Part shown: positions 38,770-53,935 of the stretch, one piece after another
Layout of the letters: every line of letters begins with the position of its first letter
Numbering within the stretch: the first letter of the stretch is position 1
Assembly: GCA_964247055.1 (NCBI GenBank)
Contig: OZ176056.1
Location: forward strand, 1,860,001 to 1,924,000
Origin: Paragordius varius
Taxonomy: Eukaryota > Animalia > Nematomorpha
Reading direction: 5' to 3'
Length of the DNA stretch: 64,000 nt
Position numbers and translations under genes: made by a program
The notes under the pieces: model-generated
Database searches by the model: none
The model's input: only the letters and a program-made list of their open reading frames with translations
What the model was told of the DNA's origin: nothing

Positions 38770-40321
38770 TAGATTATTTATAAAAATGCTGATTGTCAAA
38801 GTTAAACTAACATAGTAGAAATTCGAATCAAAAAAATTGTTCAAAATGTGTAAACGACTCTTGTGTTTGATGTATATATACTCCAACAAAAAGCACCTGC
38901 TGAAAAATATATACTGATAGATAGAAAAATATCGGGATTATCATGGTTTTTTTGATTCGGCGCTTACAAGTAATATAAGAAAGTTATATATAATTTAGTG
39001 GTAATTGCTTCCAATATCAGAAAATGGCAAATTTGAGTACATTTTTAGAATAAAATTTCTTTGGTGAAAGATAAATGGTTTTACAAAATAGAACTATATC
39101 TCAAACTACTAAAAAGCACAATATTTTTAAAATATTTTATTTTTTGGGGGGTCTGAAAGTCCCAAATTTTTTCTCTTTTTTAAAATGGGCTTTAATAAAC
39201 GCTAAAAGCCTGGATTGTGTGAGTGAAATTTTTTAAATGCTAAATCTTTTCAAAAAAATCTTTTTAAAAGCATACTTTTTGCAAAAATTTATTTTAAGAA
39301 ATATTAGTTGAAGCGCATTTCATCTTATTTTAAGGTACGAAACGGTATAAAAACGCTTTCACCAAAATTTTGCCAAAATCTTAGATTTAAAACGTTTTTC
39401 TTAAATTAAATTTTTTTGATGTCATAGGTGTTCAATATTTTTGTCGCGCAATTTTGCCATTTTGATTTATTTTAAAGGAACCATTCATTTTAGGACCCGT
39501 CCGTTTTTCGCAATCTAATGGTAAGACCCAAAACAAAAGCAACATAGAATTCTTATCATTTTTTATCAGAATATATATAATTGGGTATTTTTTGACATAA
39601 CTACCCCCCTCCCCCGTGGTGCACATTTAAATTTTTATTTACGATTTTACAATAAAAATTATTTTCAAAAATTAAAAGACAATTTAAAAAGATAACCAAC
39701 TCTTTTAAAACTAGATAATTCCTGAATAAACTAGAATAAATATTTTTAAGTATATAATATGATAGTGTCATCACTTAAATCAATATACCTTACTTTGCAA
39801 AACAAAACGGTGATAACATTTGGTTAAAAAATATGGTAATCTTCTATAAAACTTATATGTTTTAGTTTTAACGTTTTGTCTACTGTATAATTTTAATTTT
39901 TAAAAATTTATTTATTTTTGAAATAAATCTTACCAAAAACATTTAATTTGGTAAAAAAATTGAAGGTAGTATACAGAATCGCTGCGTCTGTATTAAATGA
40001 TCTTTATAATCTAAATTATATTATAAAAAAAACCACACAATATCTGAATATTATATACGATTAAAATTATTTATTTTTTATTTTGTAAGGTGTTATGACC
40101 CCATTTTTATGGGTTTATATATATATTATTTATTAAAACATTAAAATATATTGGATATCAAAATAAATGAAATGGCTGTAATTCTTTTGTAGTCTGTTTC
40201 GAGACGTCGAGAATAAGATATGTGACAAAAATAAGAGTGAGAAAGGCAAATTGGGAGTATATGAAAAGCAAAATACGGTACTGTTAGTTTTTGTTGTATC
40301 GATAAAAAACTAGTCTTTTAT

Positions 40322-43300
40322 ATCCACTCATCACCTAAGCCCGCAATTCAGTAACAAGATAGATGGTGTTTTGGTTGTTAACGAGTTGAGAATTGATTGA
40401 AAACAGATTTCGCCGGACGGTTTATTGTAAGACTTGGCTAACTTGAGTTTACTGTAAAGGACTAAACAGATTAAAGTATTGCGTACATCCACTCATCACC
40501 GAAGCCCCAATTCAGTAACAAGATAGATGGTGTTTTAGTTGTTAACAAGTTGAGAATTGATTGAAAACAGATTTTGCCGGACGGTTTATTGTAAAGACTT
40601 GGCTAACTTGAGTTTACTATAAAGGACTAAACAGATTAAAGTATTATTGTGTACATCCACTCATCACCGAAGCCCCAATTCAGTAACAAGATAGACGGTG
40701 TTTTGGGTGTTAACGAGTTGAGAATTGATTGAAAACAGATTTTGCCGGACGGTTATTGTAAAGACTTGGCTGACTTGAGTTTACTGTAAAGGACTAAAGA
40801 GATTAAAGTATTATTGTGTACATCCACTCATCACCGAAGCCCCAATTCAGTAACAAGATAGACGGTGTTTTGGTTGTTAACGAGTTGAGAATTGATTGAA
40901 AACAGATTTCGCAGGACGGCTTATTGTAAGATTTGGCTAACTTGAGTTTACTGTAAAGGACTAAACAGATTAAAGTATTATTGTGTACATCCACTCATCA
41001 CCGAAGCCCCAATTCAGTAACAAGATAGACGGTGTTTTGGTTGTTAACGAGTTGAGAATTGATTTAAAACAGATTTTGCCGGACGGTTTATTGTAAAGAC
41101 TTGGCTGACTTGAGTTTACTGTAAAGGACTAAACAGATTAAAGTATTATTGTGTACATCCACTCATCACCGAAGCCCCAATTCAGTAACAAGATAGACGG
41201 TGTTTTGGTTGTTAACGAGTTGAGAATTGATTGAAAACAGATTTTGCCGGACGGTTTATTGTAAGATTTGGCTAACTTGAGTTTACTGTAAAGGACTAAA
41301 CAGATTAAATTTTTATTGCGTACATCCACTCATCACCGAAGCCCCAATTCAGTAACAAGATAGATGGTGTTTTAGTTGTTAACAAGTTGAGAATTGATTG
41401 AAAACAGATTTCGCCGGACGGTTTATTGTAAGACTTGGCTAACTTGAGTTTACTGTAAAGGACTAAACAGATTAAAGTATTGCTTACATCCACTCATCAC
41501 CGAAGCCCCAATTCAGTAACAAGATAGATGGTGTTTTAGTTGTTAACAAGTTGAGAATTGATTGAAAACAGATTTTGCCGGACGGTTTATTGTAAAGACT
41601 TGGCTAACTTGAGTTTACTATAAAGGACTAAACAGATTAAAGTATTATTGTGTACATCCACTCATCACCGAAGCCCCAATTCAGTAACAAGATAGACGGT
41701 GTTTTGGGTGTTAACGAGTTGAGAATTGATTGAAAACAGATTTTGCCGGACGGTTATTGTAAAGACTTGGCTGACTTGAGTTTACTGTAAAGGACTAAAG
41801 AGATTAAAGTATTATTGTGTACACACTCATCACCGAAGCCCCAATTCAGTAACAAGATAGACGGTGTTTTGGTTGTTAACGAGTTGAGAATTGATTGAAA
41901 ACAGATTTTGCCGGACGGTTTATTGTAAAGACTTGGCTAACTTGAGTTTACTGTAAAGGACTAAACAGATTAAAGTATTATTGTGTACATCCACTCATCA
42001 CCGAAGCCCCAATTCAGTAACAAGATAGACGGTGTTTTGGTTGTTAACGAGTTGAGAATTGATTGAAAACAGATTTCGCCGGACGGTTTATTGTAAGATT
42101 TGGCTAACTTGAGTTTACTGTAAAGGACTAAACAGATTAAAGTATTATATGTACATCCACTCATCACCGAAGCCCCAATTCAGTAACAAGATAGACGGTG
42201 TTTTGGTTGTTAACGAGTTGAGAATTGATTGAAAACAGATTTGGCCGGACGGTTTATTGTAAAGACTTGCCTAACTTGAGTTTACTGTAAAGAACTAAAC
42301 AGATTAAAGTATTATTGTGTACATCCACTCATCACCGAAGCCGCCATTCAGTAACAGGATAGACGGTGTTTTGGTTGTGAACGAGTTGAGAATTGATTGA
42401 AAACAGATTTTGCCGGACGGTTTATTGTAAAGACTTGGCTAACTTGAGTTTACTGTAAAGGACTAAACAGATTAAAGTATTATTGTGTACATCCACTCAT
42501 CACCGAAGCCCCAATTCAGTAACAAGATAGACGGTGTTTTGGTTGTTAACGAGTTGAGAATTGATTCAAAACAGATTTCGCCGGACGGTTTATTGTAAGA
42601 TTTGGCTAACTTGAGCTTACTGTAAAGGACTAAACAGATTAAAGTATTATATGTACATCCACTCATCACCGAAGCCCCAATTCAGTAACAAGATAGACGG
42701 TGTTTTGGTTGTTGACGAGTTGAGAATTGATTGAAAACAGATTTCACAGGACGGTTTATTGTAAAGACTTGGCTGACTTGAGTTTACTGTAAAGGACTAA
42801 ACAGATTAAAGTATTATTGTGTACATCCACTCATCACCGAAGCCCCAATTCAGTAACAAGATAGACGGTGTTTTGGTTGTTAACGAGTTGAGAATTGATT
42901 GAAAACAGATTTCGCCGGACGGTTTATTGTAAAGACTTGGCTAACTTGAGTTTACTGTAAAGGACTAAACAGATTAAAGTATTATTGTGTACATCCACTC
43001 ATCACCGAAGCTCCAATTCAGTAACAAGATAGACGGTGTTTTGGTTGTTAACGAGTTGAGAATTGATTGAAAACAGATTTTGCCGGACGGTTTATTGTAA
43101 TGACTTGGCTAACTTGAGTTTACTGTAAAGGACTAAACAGATTAAAGTATTATTGTGTACATCCACTCATCACCGAAGCCCCAATTCAGTAACAAGATAG
43201 ACGGTGTTTTGGTTGTTAACGAGTTGAGAATTGATTGAAAACAGATTTTGCCGGACGGTTTATTGTAAAGACTTTCCTAACTTGAGTTTACTGTAAAGAA

Positions 43301-46300
43301 CTAAACAGATTAAAGTATTATTGTGTACATCCACTCATCACCGAAGCCGCCATTCAGTAACAAGATAGACGGTGTTTTGGTTGTGAACGAGTTGAGAATT
43401 GATTGAAAACAGATTTTGCCGGACGGTTTATTGTAAAGACTTGGCTAACTTGAGTTTACTGTAAAGGATTAAACAGATTAAAGTATTATATGTACATCCA
43501 CTCATCACCGAAGCCCCAATTCAGTAACAAGATAGACGGTGTTTTGGTTGTTAACGAGTTGAGAATTGATTCAAAACAGATTTCGCCGGACGGTTTATTG
43601 TAAGATTTGGCTAACTTAAGCTTACTGTAAAGGACTAAACAGATTAAAGTATTATATGTACATCCACTCATCACCGAAGCCCCAATTCAGTAACAAGATA
43701 GACGGTGTTTTGGTTGTTAACGAGTTGAGAATTGATTGAAAACAGATTTCACAGGACGGTTTATTGTAAAGACTTGGCTGACTTGAGTTTACTGTAAAGG
43801 ACTAAACAGATTAAAGTATTATTGTGTACATCCACTCATCACCGAAGCCCCAATTCAGTAACAAGATAGACGGTGTTTTGGTTGTTAACGAGTTGAGAAT
43901 TGATTGAAAACAGATTTCGCCGGACGGTTTATTGTAAAGACTTGGCTAACTTGAGTTTACTGTAAAGGACTAAACAGATTAAAGTATTATTGTGTACATC
44001 CACTCATCACCGAAGCCCCAATTCAGTAACAAGATAGACGGTGTTTTAGTTGTTAACAAGTTGAGAATTGATTGAAAACAGATTTTGCCGGACGGTTTAT
44101 TGTAAAGACTTGGCTAACTTGAGTTTACTATGAAGGACTAAACAGATTAAAGTATTATTGTGTACATCCACTCATCACCGAAGCCCCAATTCAGTAACAA
44201 GATAGACGGTGTTTTGGTTGTTAACGAGTTGAGAATTGATTGAAAACAGATTTTGCCGGACGGTTTATTGTAAAGACTTGGCTAACTTGAGTTTACTGTA
44301 AAGGACTAAACAGATTAAAGTATTATTGTGTACATCCACTCATCACCGAAGCCCCAATTCAGTAACAAGATAGACGGTGTTTTGGTTGTTAATGAGTTGA
44401 GAATTGATTGAAAACAGATTTCGCCGGACGGCTTATTGTAAGATTTGGCTAACTTGAGTTTACTGTAAAGGACTAAACAGATTAAAGTATTATTTTGTAC
44501 ATCCACTCATCACCGAAGCCCCAATTCAGTAACAAGATAGACGGTGTTTTGGTTGTTAACGAGTTGAGAATTGATTTAAAACAGATTTTGCCGGACGGTT
44601 TATTGTAAAGACTTGGCTGACTTGAGTTTACTGTAAAGGACTAAACAGATTAAAGTATTATTGTGTACATCCACTCATCACCGAAGCTCCAATTCAGTAA
44701 CAAGATAGACGGTGTTTTGGTTGTTAACGAGTTGAGAATTGATTGAAAACAGATTTTGCCGGACGGTTTATTGTAAAGACTTGGCTAACTTGAGTTTACT
44801 GTAAAGGACTAAACAGATTAAAGTATTATTGTGTACATCCACTCATCACCGAAGCCCCAATTCAGTAACAAGATAGACGGTGTTTTGGTTGTTAACGAGT
44901 TGAGAATTGATTGAAAACAGATTTTGCCGGACGGTTTATTGTAAAGACTTGGCTAACTTGAGTTTACTGTAAAGGACTAAACAGATTAAAGTATTATTGT
45001 GTACATCCACTCATCACCGAAGCCCCAATTCAGTAACAAGATAGACGGTGTTTTGGTTGTTAATGAGTTGAGAATTGATTGAAAACAGATTTCGCCGGAC
45101 GGCTTATTGTAAGATTTGGCTAACTTGAGTTTACTGTAAAGGACTAAACAGATTAAAGTATTATTGTGTACATCCACTCATCACCGAAGCCCCAATTCAG
45201 TAACAAGATAGACGGTGTTTTGGTTGTTAACGAGTTGAGAATTGATTTAAAACAGATTTTGCCGGACGGTTTATTGTAAAGACTTGGCTGACTTGAGTTT
45301 ACTGTAAAGGACTAAACAGATTAAAGTATTATTGTGTACATCCACTCATCACCGAAGCTCCAATTCAGTAACAAGATAGACGGTGTTTTGGTTGTTAACG
45401 AGTTGAGAATTGATTGAAAACAGATTTTGCCGGACGGTTTATTGTAAAGACTTGGCTAACTTGAGTTTACTGTAAAGGACTAAACAGATTAAAGTATTAT
45501 TGTGTACATCCACTCATCACCGAAGCCCCAATTCAGTAACAAGATAGACGGTGTTTTGGTTGTTAACGAGTTGAGAATTGATTGAAAACAGATTTTGCCG
45601 GACGGTTTATTGTAAAGACTTGGCTAACTTGAGTTTACTGTAAAGGACTAAACAGATTAAAGTATTATTGTGTACATCCACTCATCACCGAAGCCGCCAT
45701 TCAGTAACAAGATAGACGGTGTTTTGGTTGTGAACGAGTTGAGAATTGATTGAAAACAGATTTTGCCGGACGGTTTATTGTAAAGACTTGGCTAACTTGA
45801 GTTTACTGTAAAGGACTAAACAGATTAAAGTATTATTGTGTACATCCACTCATCACCGAAGCCCCAATTCAGTAACAAGATAGACGGTGTTTTGGTTGTT
45901 AACGAGTTGAGAATTGATTTAAAACAGATTTTGCCGGACGGTTTATTGTAAAGACTTGGCTGACTTGAGTTTACTGTAAAGGACTAAACAGATTAAAGTA
46001 TTATTGTGTACATCCACTCATCACCGAAGCCCCAATTCAGTAACAAGATAGACGGTGTTTTGGTTGTTAACGAGTTGAGAATTGATTGAAAACAGATTTC
46101 GCCGGACGGTTTATTGTAAAGACTTGGCTAACTTGAGTTTACTGTAAAGGACTAAACAGATTAAAGTATTATTGTGTACATCCACTCATCACCGAAGCCC
46201 CAATTCAGTAACAAGATAGATGGTGTTTTAGTTGTTAACAAGTTGAGAATTGATTGAAAACAGATTTTGCCGGACGGTTTATTGTAAAGACTTGGCTAAC

Positions 46301-49300
46301 TTGAGTTTACTGTAAAAGACTAAACAGATTAAAGTATTATTGTGTACATCCACTCATCACCGAAGCCCCAATTCAGTAACAAGATAGACGGTGTTTTGGT
46401 TGTGAACGAGTTGAGAATTGATTGAAAACAGATTTTGCCGGACATTTTATTGTAAAGACTTGGCTAACTTGAGTTTACTGTAAAGGACTAAACAGATTAA
46501 AGTATTATTGTGTACATCCACTCATCACCGAAGCCCCAATTCAGTAACAAGATAGACGGTGTTTTGGCTGTTAACGAGTTGAAAATTGATTGAAAACAGA
46601 TTTTGCCGGACGGTTTATTGTAAAGACTTGGCTAAATTGAGTTTACTGTAAAAGACTAAACAGATTAAAGTATTATTGTGTACATCCACTCATCACCGAA
46701 GCCCCAATTCAGTAACAAGATAGACGGTGTTTTGGTTGTGAACGAGTTGAGAATTGATTGAAAACAGATTTTGCCGGACGGTTTATTGTAAAGACTTGGC
46801 TAACTTGAGTTTACTGTAAAGGACTAAACAGATTAAAGTATTGCTTACATCCACTCATCACCGAAGCCCCAATTCAGTAACAAGATAGATGGTGTTTTAG
46901 TTGTTAACAAGTTGAGAATTGATTGAAAACAGATTTTGCCGGACGGTTTATTGTAAAGACTTGGCTAACTTGAGTTTACTATAAAGGACTAAACAGATTA
47001 AATTATTATTGTGTACATCCACTCATCACCGAAGCCCCAATTCAGTAACAAGATAGACGGTGTTTTGGGTGTTAACGAGTTGAGAATTGATTGAAAACAG
47101 ATTTTGCCGGACGGTTATTGTAAAGACTTGGCTGACTTGAGTTTACTGTAAAGGACTAAAGAGATTAAAGTATTATTGTGTACATCCACTCATCACCGAA
47201 GCCCCAATTCAGTAACAAGATATACGGTGTTTTGGTTGTTAACGAGTTGAGAATTGATTGAAAACAGATTTTGCCGGACGGTTTATTGTAAAGACTTGGC
47301 TAACTTGAGTTTACTGTAAAGGACTAAACAGATTAAAGTATTATTGTGTACATCCACTCATCACCGAAGCCCCAATTCAGTAACAAGATAGACGGTGTTT
47401 TGGTTGTTAACGAGTTGAGAATTGATTGAAAACAGATTTCGCCGGACGGTTTATTGTAAGATTTGGCTAACTTGAGTTTACTGTAAAGGACTAAACAGAT
47501 TAAAGTATTATATGTACATCCACTCATCACCGAAGCCCCAATTCAGTAACAAGATAGACGGTGTTTTGGTTGTTAACGAGTTGAGAATTGATTGAAAACA
47601 GATTTTGCCGGACGGTTTATTGTAAAGACTTGCCTAACTTGAGTTTACTGTAAAGAACTAAACAGATTAAAGTATTATTGTGTACATCCACTCATCACCG
47701 AAGCCGCCATTCAGTAACAGGATAGACGGTGTTTTGGTTGTGAACGAGTTGAGAATTGATTGAAAACAGATTTTGCCGGACGGTTTATTGTAAAGACTTG
47801 GCTAACTTGAGTTTACTGTAAAGGACTAAACAGATTAAAGTATTATTGTGTACATCCACTCATCACCGAAGCCCCAATTCAGTAACAAGATAGACGGTGT
47901 TTTGGTTGTTAACGAGTTGAGAATTGATTCAAAACAGATTTCGCCGGACGGTTTATTGTAAGATTCGGCTAACTTGAGCTTACTGTAAAGGACTAAACAG
48001 ATTAAAGTATTATATGTACATCCACTCATCACCGAAGCCCCAATTCAGTAACAAGATAGACGGTGTTTTGGTTGTTAACGAGTTGAGAATTGATTGAAAA
48101 CAGATTTCACAGGACGGTTTATTGTAAAGACTTGGCTGACTTGAGTTTACTGTAAAGGACTAAACAGATTAAAGTATTATTGTGTACATCCACTCATCAC
48201 CGAAGCCCCAATTCAGTAACAAGATAGACGGTGTTTTGGTTGTTAACGAGTTGAGAATTGATTGAAAACAGATTTCGCCGGACGGTTTATTGTAAAGACT
48301 TGGCTAACTTGAGTTTACTGTAAAGGACTAAACAGATTAAAGTATTATTGTGTACATCCACTCATCACCGAAGCTCCAATTGAGTAACAAGATAGACGGT
48401 GTTTTGGTTGTTAACGAGTTGAGAATTGATTGAAAACAGATTTTGCCGGACGGTTTACTGTAAAGACTTGGCTAACTTGAGTTTACTGTAAAGGACTAAA
48501 CAGATTAAATATTATTGTGTACATCCACTCATCACCGAAGCCCCAATTCAGTAACAAGATAGACGGTGTTTTGGTTGTTAACGAGTTGAGAATTGATTCA
48601 AAACAGATTTCGCCGGACGGTTTATTGTAAGATTTGGCTAACTTGAGCTTACTGTAAAGGACTAAACAGATTAAAGTATTATATGTACATCCACTCATCA
48701 CCGAAGCCCCAATTCAGTAACAAGATAGACGGTGTTTTGGTTGTTAACGAGTTGAGAATTGATTGAAAACAGATTTCACAGGACGGTTTATTGTAAAGAC
48801 TTGGCTGACTTGAGTTTACTGTAAAGGACTAAACAGATTAAAGTATTATTGTGTACATCCACTCATCACCGAAGCCCCAATTCAGTAACAAGATAGACGG
48901 TGTTTTGGTTGTTAACGAGTTGAGAATTGATTGAAAACAGATTTCGCCGGACGGTTTATTGTAAAGACTTGGCTAACTTGAGTTTACTGTAAAGGACTAA
49001 ACAGATTAAAGTATTATTGTGTACATCCACTCATCACCGAAGCCCCAATTCAGTAACAAGATAGACGGTGTTTTAGTTGTTAACAAGTTGAGAATTGATT
49101 GAAAACAGATTTTGCCGGACGGTTTATTGTAAAGACTTGGCTAACTTGAGTTTACTATGAAGGACTAAACAGATTAAAGTATTATTGTGTACATCCACTC
49201 ATCACCGAAGCCCCAATTCAGTAACAAGATAGACGGTCTTTTGGTTGTTAACGAGTTGAGAATTGATTGAAAACAGATTTTGCCGGACGGTTTATTGTAA

Positions 49301-52300
49301 AGACTTGGCTAACTTGAGTTTACTGTAAAGGACTAAACAGATTAAAGTATTATTGTGTACATCCACTCATCACCGAAGCTCCAATTCAGTAACAAGATAG
49401 ACGGTGTTTTGGTTGTTAACGAGTTGAGAATTGATTGAAAACAGATTTTGCCGGACGGTTTATTGTAAAGACTTGGCTAACTTGAGTTTACTGTAAAGGA
49501 CTAAACAGATTAAAGTATTATTGTGTACATCCACTCATCACCGAAGCCCCAATTCAGTAACAAGATAGACGGTGTTTTGGTTGTTAACGAGTTGAGAATT
49601 GATTGAAAACAGATTTTGCCGGACGGTTTATTGTAAAGACTTGGCTAACTTGAGTTTACTGTAAAGGACTAAACAGATTAAAGTATTATTGTGTACATCC
49701 ACTCATCACCGAAGCCCCAATTCAGTAACAAGATAGACGGTGTTTTGGTTGTTAATGAGTTGAGAATTGATTGAAAACAGATTTCGCCGGACGGCTTATT
49801 GTAAGATTTGGCTAACTTGAGTTTACTGTAAAGGACTAAACAGATTAAAGTATTATTGTGTACATCCACTCATCACCGAAGCCCCAATTCAGTAACAAGA
49901 TAGACGGTGTTTTGGTTGTTAACGAGTTGAGAATTGATTGAAAACAGATTTTGCCGGACGGTTTATTGTAAAGACTTGGCTAACTTGAGTTTACTGTAAA
50001 GGACTAAACAGATTAAAGTATTATTGTGTACATCCACTCATCACCGAAGCCCCAATTCAGTAACAAGATAGACGGTGTTTTGGTTGTTAATGAGTTGAGA
50101 ATTGATTGAAAACAGATTTCGCCGGACGGCTTATTGTAAGATTTGGCTAACTTGAGTTTACTGTAAAGGACTAAACAGATTAAAGTATTATTGTGTACAT
50201 CCACTCATCACCGAAGCCCCAATTCAGTAACAAGATAGACGGTGTTTTGGTTGTTAACGAGTTGAGAATTGATTTAAAACAGATTTTGCCGGACGGTTTA
50301 TTGTAAAGACTTGGCTGACTTGAGTTTACTGTAAAGGACTAAACAGATTAAAGTATTATTGTGTACATCCACTCATCACCGAAGCTCCAATTCAGTAACA
50401 AGATAGACGGTGTTTTGGTTGTTAACGAGTTGAGAATTGATTGAAAACAGATTTTGCCGGACGGTTTATTGTAAAGACTTGGCTAACTTGAGTTTACTGT
50501 AAAGGACTAAACAGATTAAAGTATTATTGTGTACATCCACTCATCACCGAAGCCCCAATTCAGTAACAAGATAGACGGTGTTTTGGCTGTTAACGAGTTG
50601 AAAATTGATTGAAAACAGATTTTGCCGGACGGTTTATTGTAAAGACTTGGCTAAATTGAGTTTACTGTAAAAGACTAAACAGATTAAAGTATTATTGTGT
50701 ACATCCACTCATCACCGAAGCCCCAATTCAGTAACAAGATAGACGGTGTTTTGGTTGTTAACGAGTTGAGAATTGATTGAAAACAGATTTTGCCGGACGG
50801 TTTATTGTAAAGACTTGGCTAACTTGAGTTTACTGTAAAGGACTAAACAGATTAAAGTATTATTCTGTACATCCACTCATCACCGAAGCCGCCATTCAGT
50901 AACAAGATAGATGGTGTTTTGGTTGTTAAAGAGTTGAGAATTGATTGAAAACAGATTTTGCCGGACGGTTTATTGTAAGATTTGGCTAACTTGAGTTTAC
51001 TGTAAAAGACTAAACAGATTAAAGTATTATTGTGTACATCCACTCATCACCGAAGCCCCAATTCAGTAACAAGATAGACGGTGTTTTGGTTGTTAACGAG
51101 TTGAGAATTGATTGAAAACAGATTTTGCCGGACGGTTTATTGTAAAGACTTGGCTAACTTGAGTTTACTGTAAAGGACTAAACAGATTAAAGTATTATTG
51201 TGTACATCCACTCATCACCGAAGCCCCAATTCAGTAACAAGATAGACGGTGTTTTGGTTGTTAATGAGTTGAGAATTGATTGAAAACAGATTTCGCCGGA
51301 CGGCTTATTGTAAGATTTGGCTAACTTGAGTTTACTGTAAAGGACTAAACAGATTAAAGTATTATTGTGTACATCCACTCATCACCGAAGCCCCAATTCA
51401 GTAACAAGATAGACGGTGTTTTGGTTGTTAACGAGTTGAGAATTGATTTAAAACAGATTTTGCCGGACGGTTTATTGTAAAGACTTGGCTGACTTGAGTT
51501 TACTGTAAAGGACTAAACAGATTAAAGTATTATTGTGTACATCCACTCATCACCGAAGCTCCAATTCAGTAACAAGATAGACGGTGTTTTGGTTGTTAAC
51601 GAGTTGAGAATTGATTCAAAACAGATTTCGCCGGACGGTTTATTGTAAGATTTGGCTAACTTGAGCTTACTGTAAAGGACTAAACAGATTAAAGTATTAT
51701 ATGTACATCCACTCATCACCGAAGCCCCAATTCAGTAACAAGATAGACGGTGTTTTGGTTGTTAACGAGTTGAGAATTGATTGAAAACAGATTTCACAGG
51801 ACGGTTTATTGTAAAGACTTGGCTGACTTGAGTTTACTGTAAAGGACTAAACAGATTAAAGTATTATTGTGTACATCCACTCATCACCGAAGCCCCAATT
51901 CAGTAACAAGATAGACGGTGTTTTGGTTGTTAACGAGTTGAGAATTGATTGAAAACAGATTTCGCCGGACGGTTTATTGTAAAGACTTGGCTAACTTGAG
52001 TTTACTGTAAAGGACTAAACAGATTAAAGTATTATTGTGTACATCCACTCATCACCGAAGCCCCAATTCAGTAACAAGATAGACGGTGTTTTAGTTGTTA
52101 ACAAGTTGAGAATTGATTGAAAACAGATTTTGCCGGACGGTTTATTGTAAAGACTTGGCTAACTTGAGTTTACTATGAAGGACTAAACAGATTAAAGTAT
52201 TATTGTGTACATCCACTCATCACCGAAGCCCCAATTCAGTAACAAGATAGACGGTGTTTTGGTTGTTAACGAGTTGAGAATTGATTGAAAACAGATTTTG

Positions 52301-53935
52301 CCGGACGGTTTATTGTAAAGACTTGGCTAACTTGAGTTTACTGTAAAGGACTAAACAGATTAAAGTATTATTGTGTACATCCACTCATCACCGAAGCTCC
52401 AATTCAGTAACAAGATAGACGGTGTTTTGGTTGTTAACGAGTTGAGAATTGATTGAAAACAGATTTTGCCGGACGGTTTATTGTAAAGACTTGGCTAACT
52501 TGAGTTTACTGTAAAGGACTAAACAGATTAAAGTATTATTGTGTACATCCACTCATCACCGAAGCCCCAATTCAGTAACAAGATAGACGGTGTTTTGGTT
52601 GTTAACGAGTTGAGAATTGATTGAAAACAGATTTTGCCGGACGGTTTATTGTAAAGACTTGGCTAACTTGAGTTTACTGTAAAGGACTAAACAGATTAAA
52701 GTATTATTGTGTACATCCACTCATCACCGAAGCCCCAATTCAGTAACAAGATAGACGGTGTTTTGGTTGTTAATGAGTTGAGAATTGATTGAAAACAGAT
52801 TTCGCCGGACGGCTTATTGTAAGATTTGGCTAACTTGAGTTTACTGTAAAGGACTAAACAGATTAAAGTATTATTGTGTACATCCACTCATCACCGAAGC
52901 CCCAATTCAGTAACAAGATAGACGGTGTTTTGGTTGTTAACGAGTTGAGAATTGATTTAAAACAGATTTTGCCGGACGGTTTATTGTAAAGACTTGGCTG
53001 ACTTGAGTTTACTGTAAAGGACTAAACAGATTAAAGTATTATTGTGTACATCCACTCATCACCGAAGCTCCAATTCAGTAACAAGATAGACGGTGTTTTG
53101 GTTGTTAACGAGTTGAGAATTGATTGAAAACAGATTTTGCCGGACGGTTTATTGTAAAGACTTGGCTAACTTGAGTTTACTGTAAAGGACTAAACAGATT
53201 AAAGTATTATTGTGTACATCCACTCATCACCGAAGCTCCAATTCAGTAACAAGATAGACGGTGTTTTGGTTGTTAACGAGTTGAGAATTGATTGAAAACA
53301 GATTTTGCCGGACGGTTTATTGTAAAGACTTGGCTAACTTGAGTTTACTGTAAAGGACTAAACAGATTAAAGTATTATTCTGTACATCCACTCATCACCG
53401 AAGCCGCCATTCAGTAACAAGATAGATGGTGTTTTGGTTGTTAAAGAGTTGAGAATTGATTGAAAACAGATTTTGCCGGACGGTTTATTGTAAGATTTGG
53501 CTAACTTGAGTTTACTGTAAAAGACTAAACAGATTAAAGTATTATTGTGTACATCCACTCATCACCGAAGCCCCAATTCAGTAACAAGATAGACGGTGTT
53601 TTGGTTGTTAACGAGTTGAGAATTGATTGAAAACAGATTTTGCCGGACGGTTTATTGTAAAGACTTGGCTAACTTGAGTTTACTGTAAAGGACTAAACAG
53701 ATTAAAGTATTATTCTGTACATCCACTCATCACCGAAGCCGCCATTCAGTAACAAGATAGATGGTGTTTTGGTTGTTAACGAGTTGAGAATTGATTGAAA
53801 ACAGATTTTGCCGGACGGTTTATTGTAAGATTTGGCTAACTTGAGTTTACTGTAAAGGACTAAATAGGTTACCGTTTTATTGTTTTTTACCACCACTCAT
53901 CACCGAACCCACCGATTTTCAAAACAAGAGAAGGT
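40322..53935. repeat. Satellite array 3 (~81 monomers) with higher-order structure
   Basis: Same monomer; diagnostic variants recur at fixed multiples of the monomer; same terminal unit from ~53862. Confidence 0.98.

Larger units (their letters stand above)
34950..40322. other. Internally deleted segmental duplicate (unit 2)
   Basis: 34950-~36404 matches ~2060-3500 and ~53860-55290; ~36405-40322 matches ~25305-30125, with a replaced middle part. Confidence 0.9.

Noticed and set aside
81-53896. Dozens of 62-72 aa ORFs (MDVHNNTLICLVLYSKLK...) as a peptide gene family
   Set aside because: They arise only from 167-bp monomers and overlap the next monomer. The commoner 168-bp monomers are frameshifted, and there is no sign of codon-level constraint.
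30125-53935. CRISPR array
   Set aside because: No unique spacers, monomers are 167-168 bp, no cas genes, and the context is eukaryotic with introns.
40322-53935. Hammerhead or twister ribozyme (retrozyme-like) in the monomer
   Set aside because: No CUGANGA core on either strand (GTGATGA only) and no paired GAAA stem. The twister-like AAGCCCCAATTCAG lacks complementary G runs. An Infernal search would settle it.
40322-53935. Tandem box C/D snoRNAs (GTGATGA ... CTGA on the minus strand)
   Set aside because: No terminal stem, and the box C-like motif is not kept in the diverged inverted monomers (GTAATCA).
40322-53935. Intron-like GTAAGA...CTAAC...CAG in each monomer implying repeated coding exons
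   Set aside because: The remaining 124 nt has stops in all three frames; the motif is probably coincidental.
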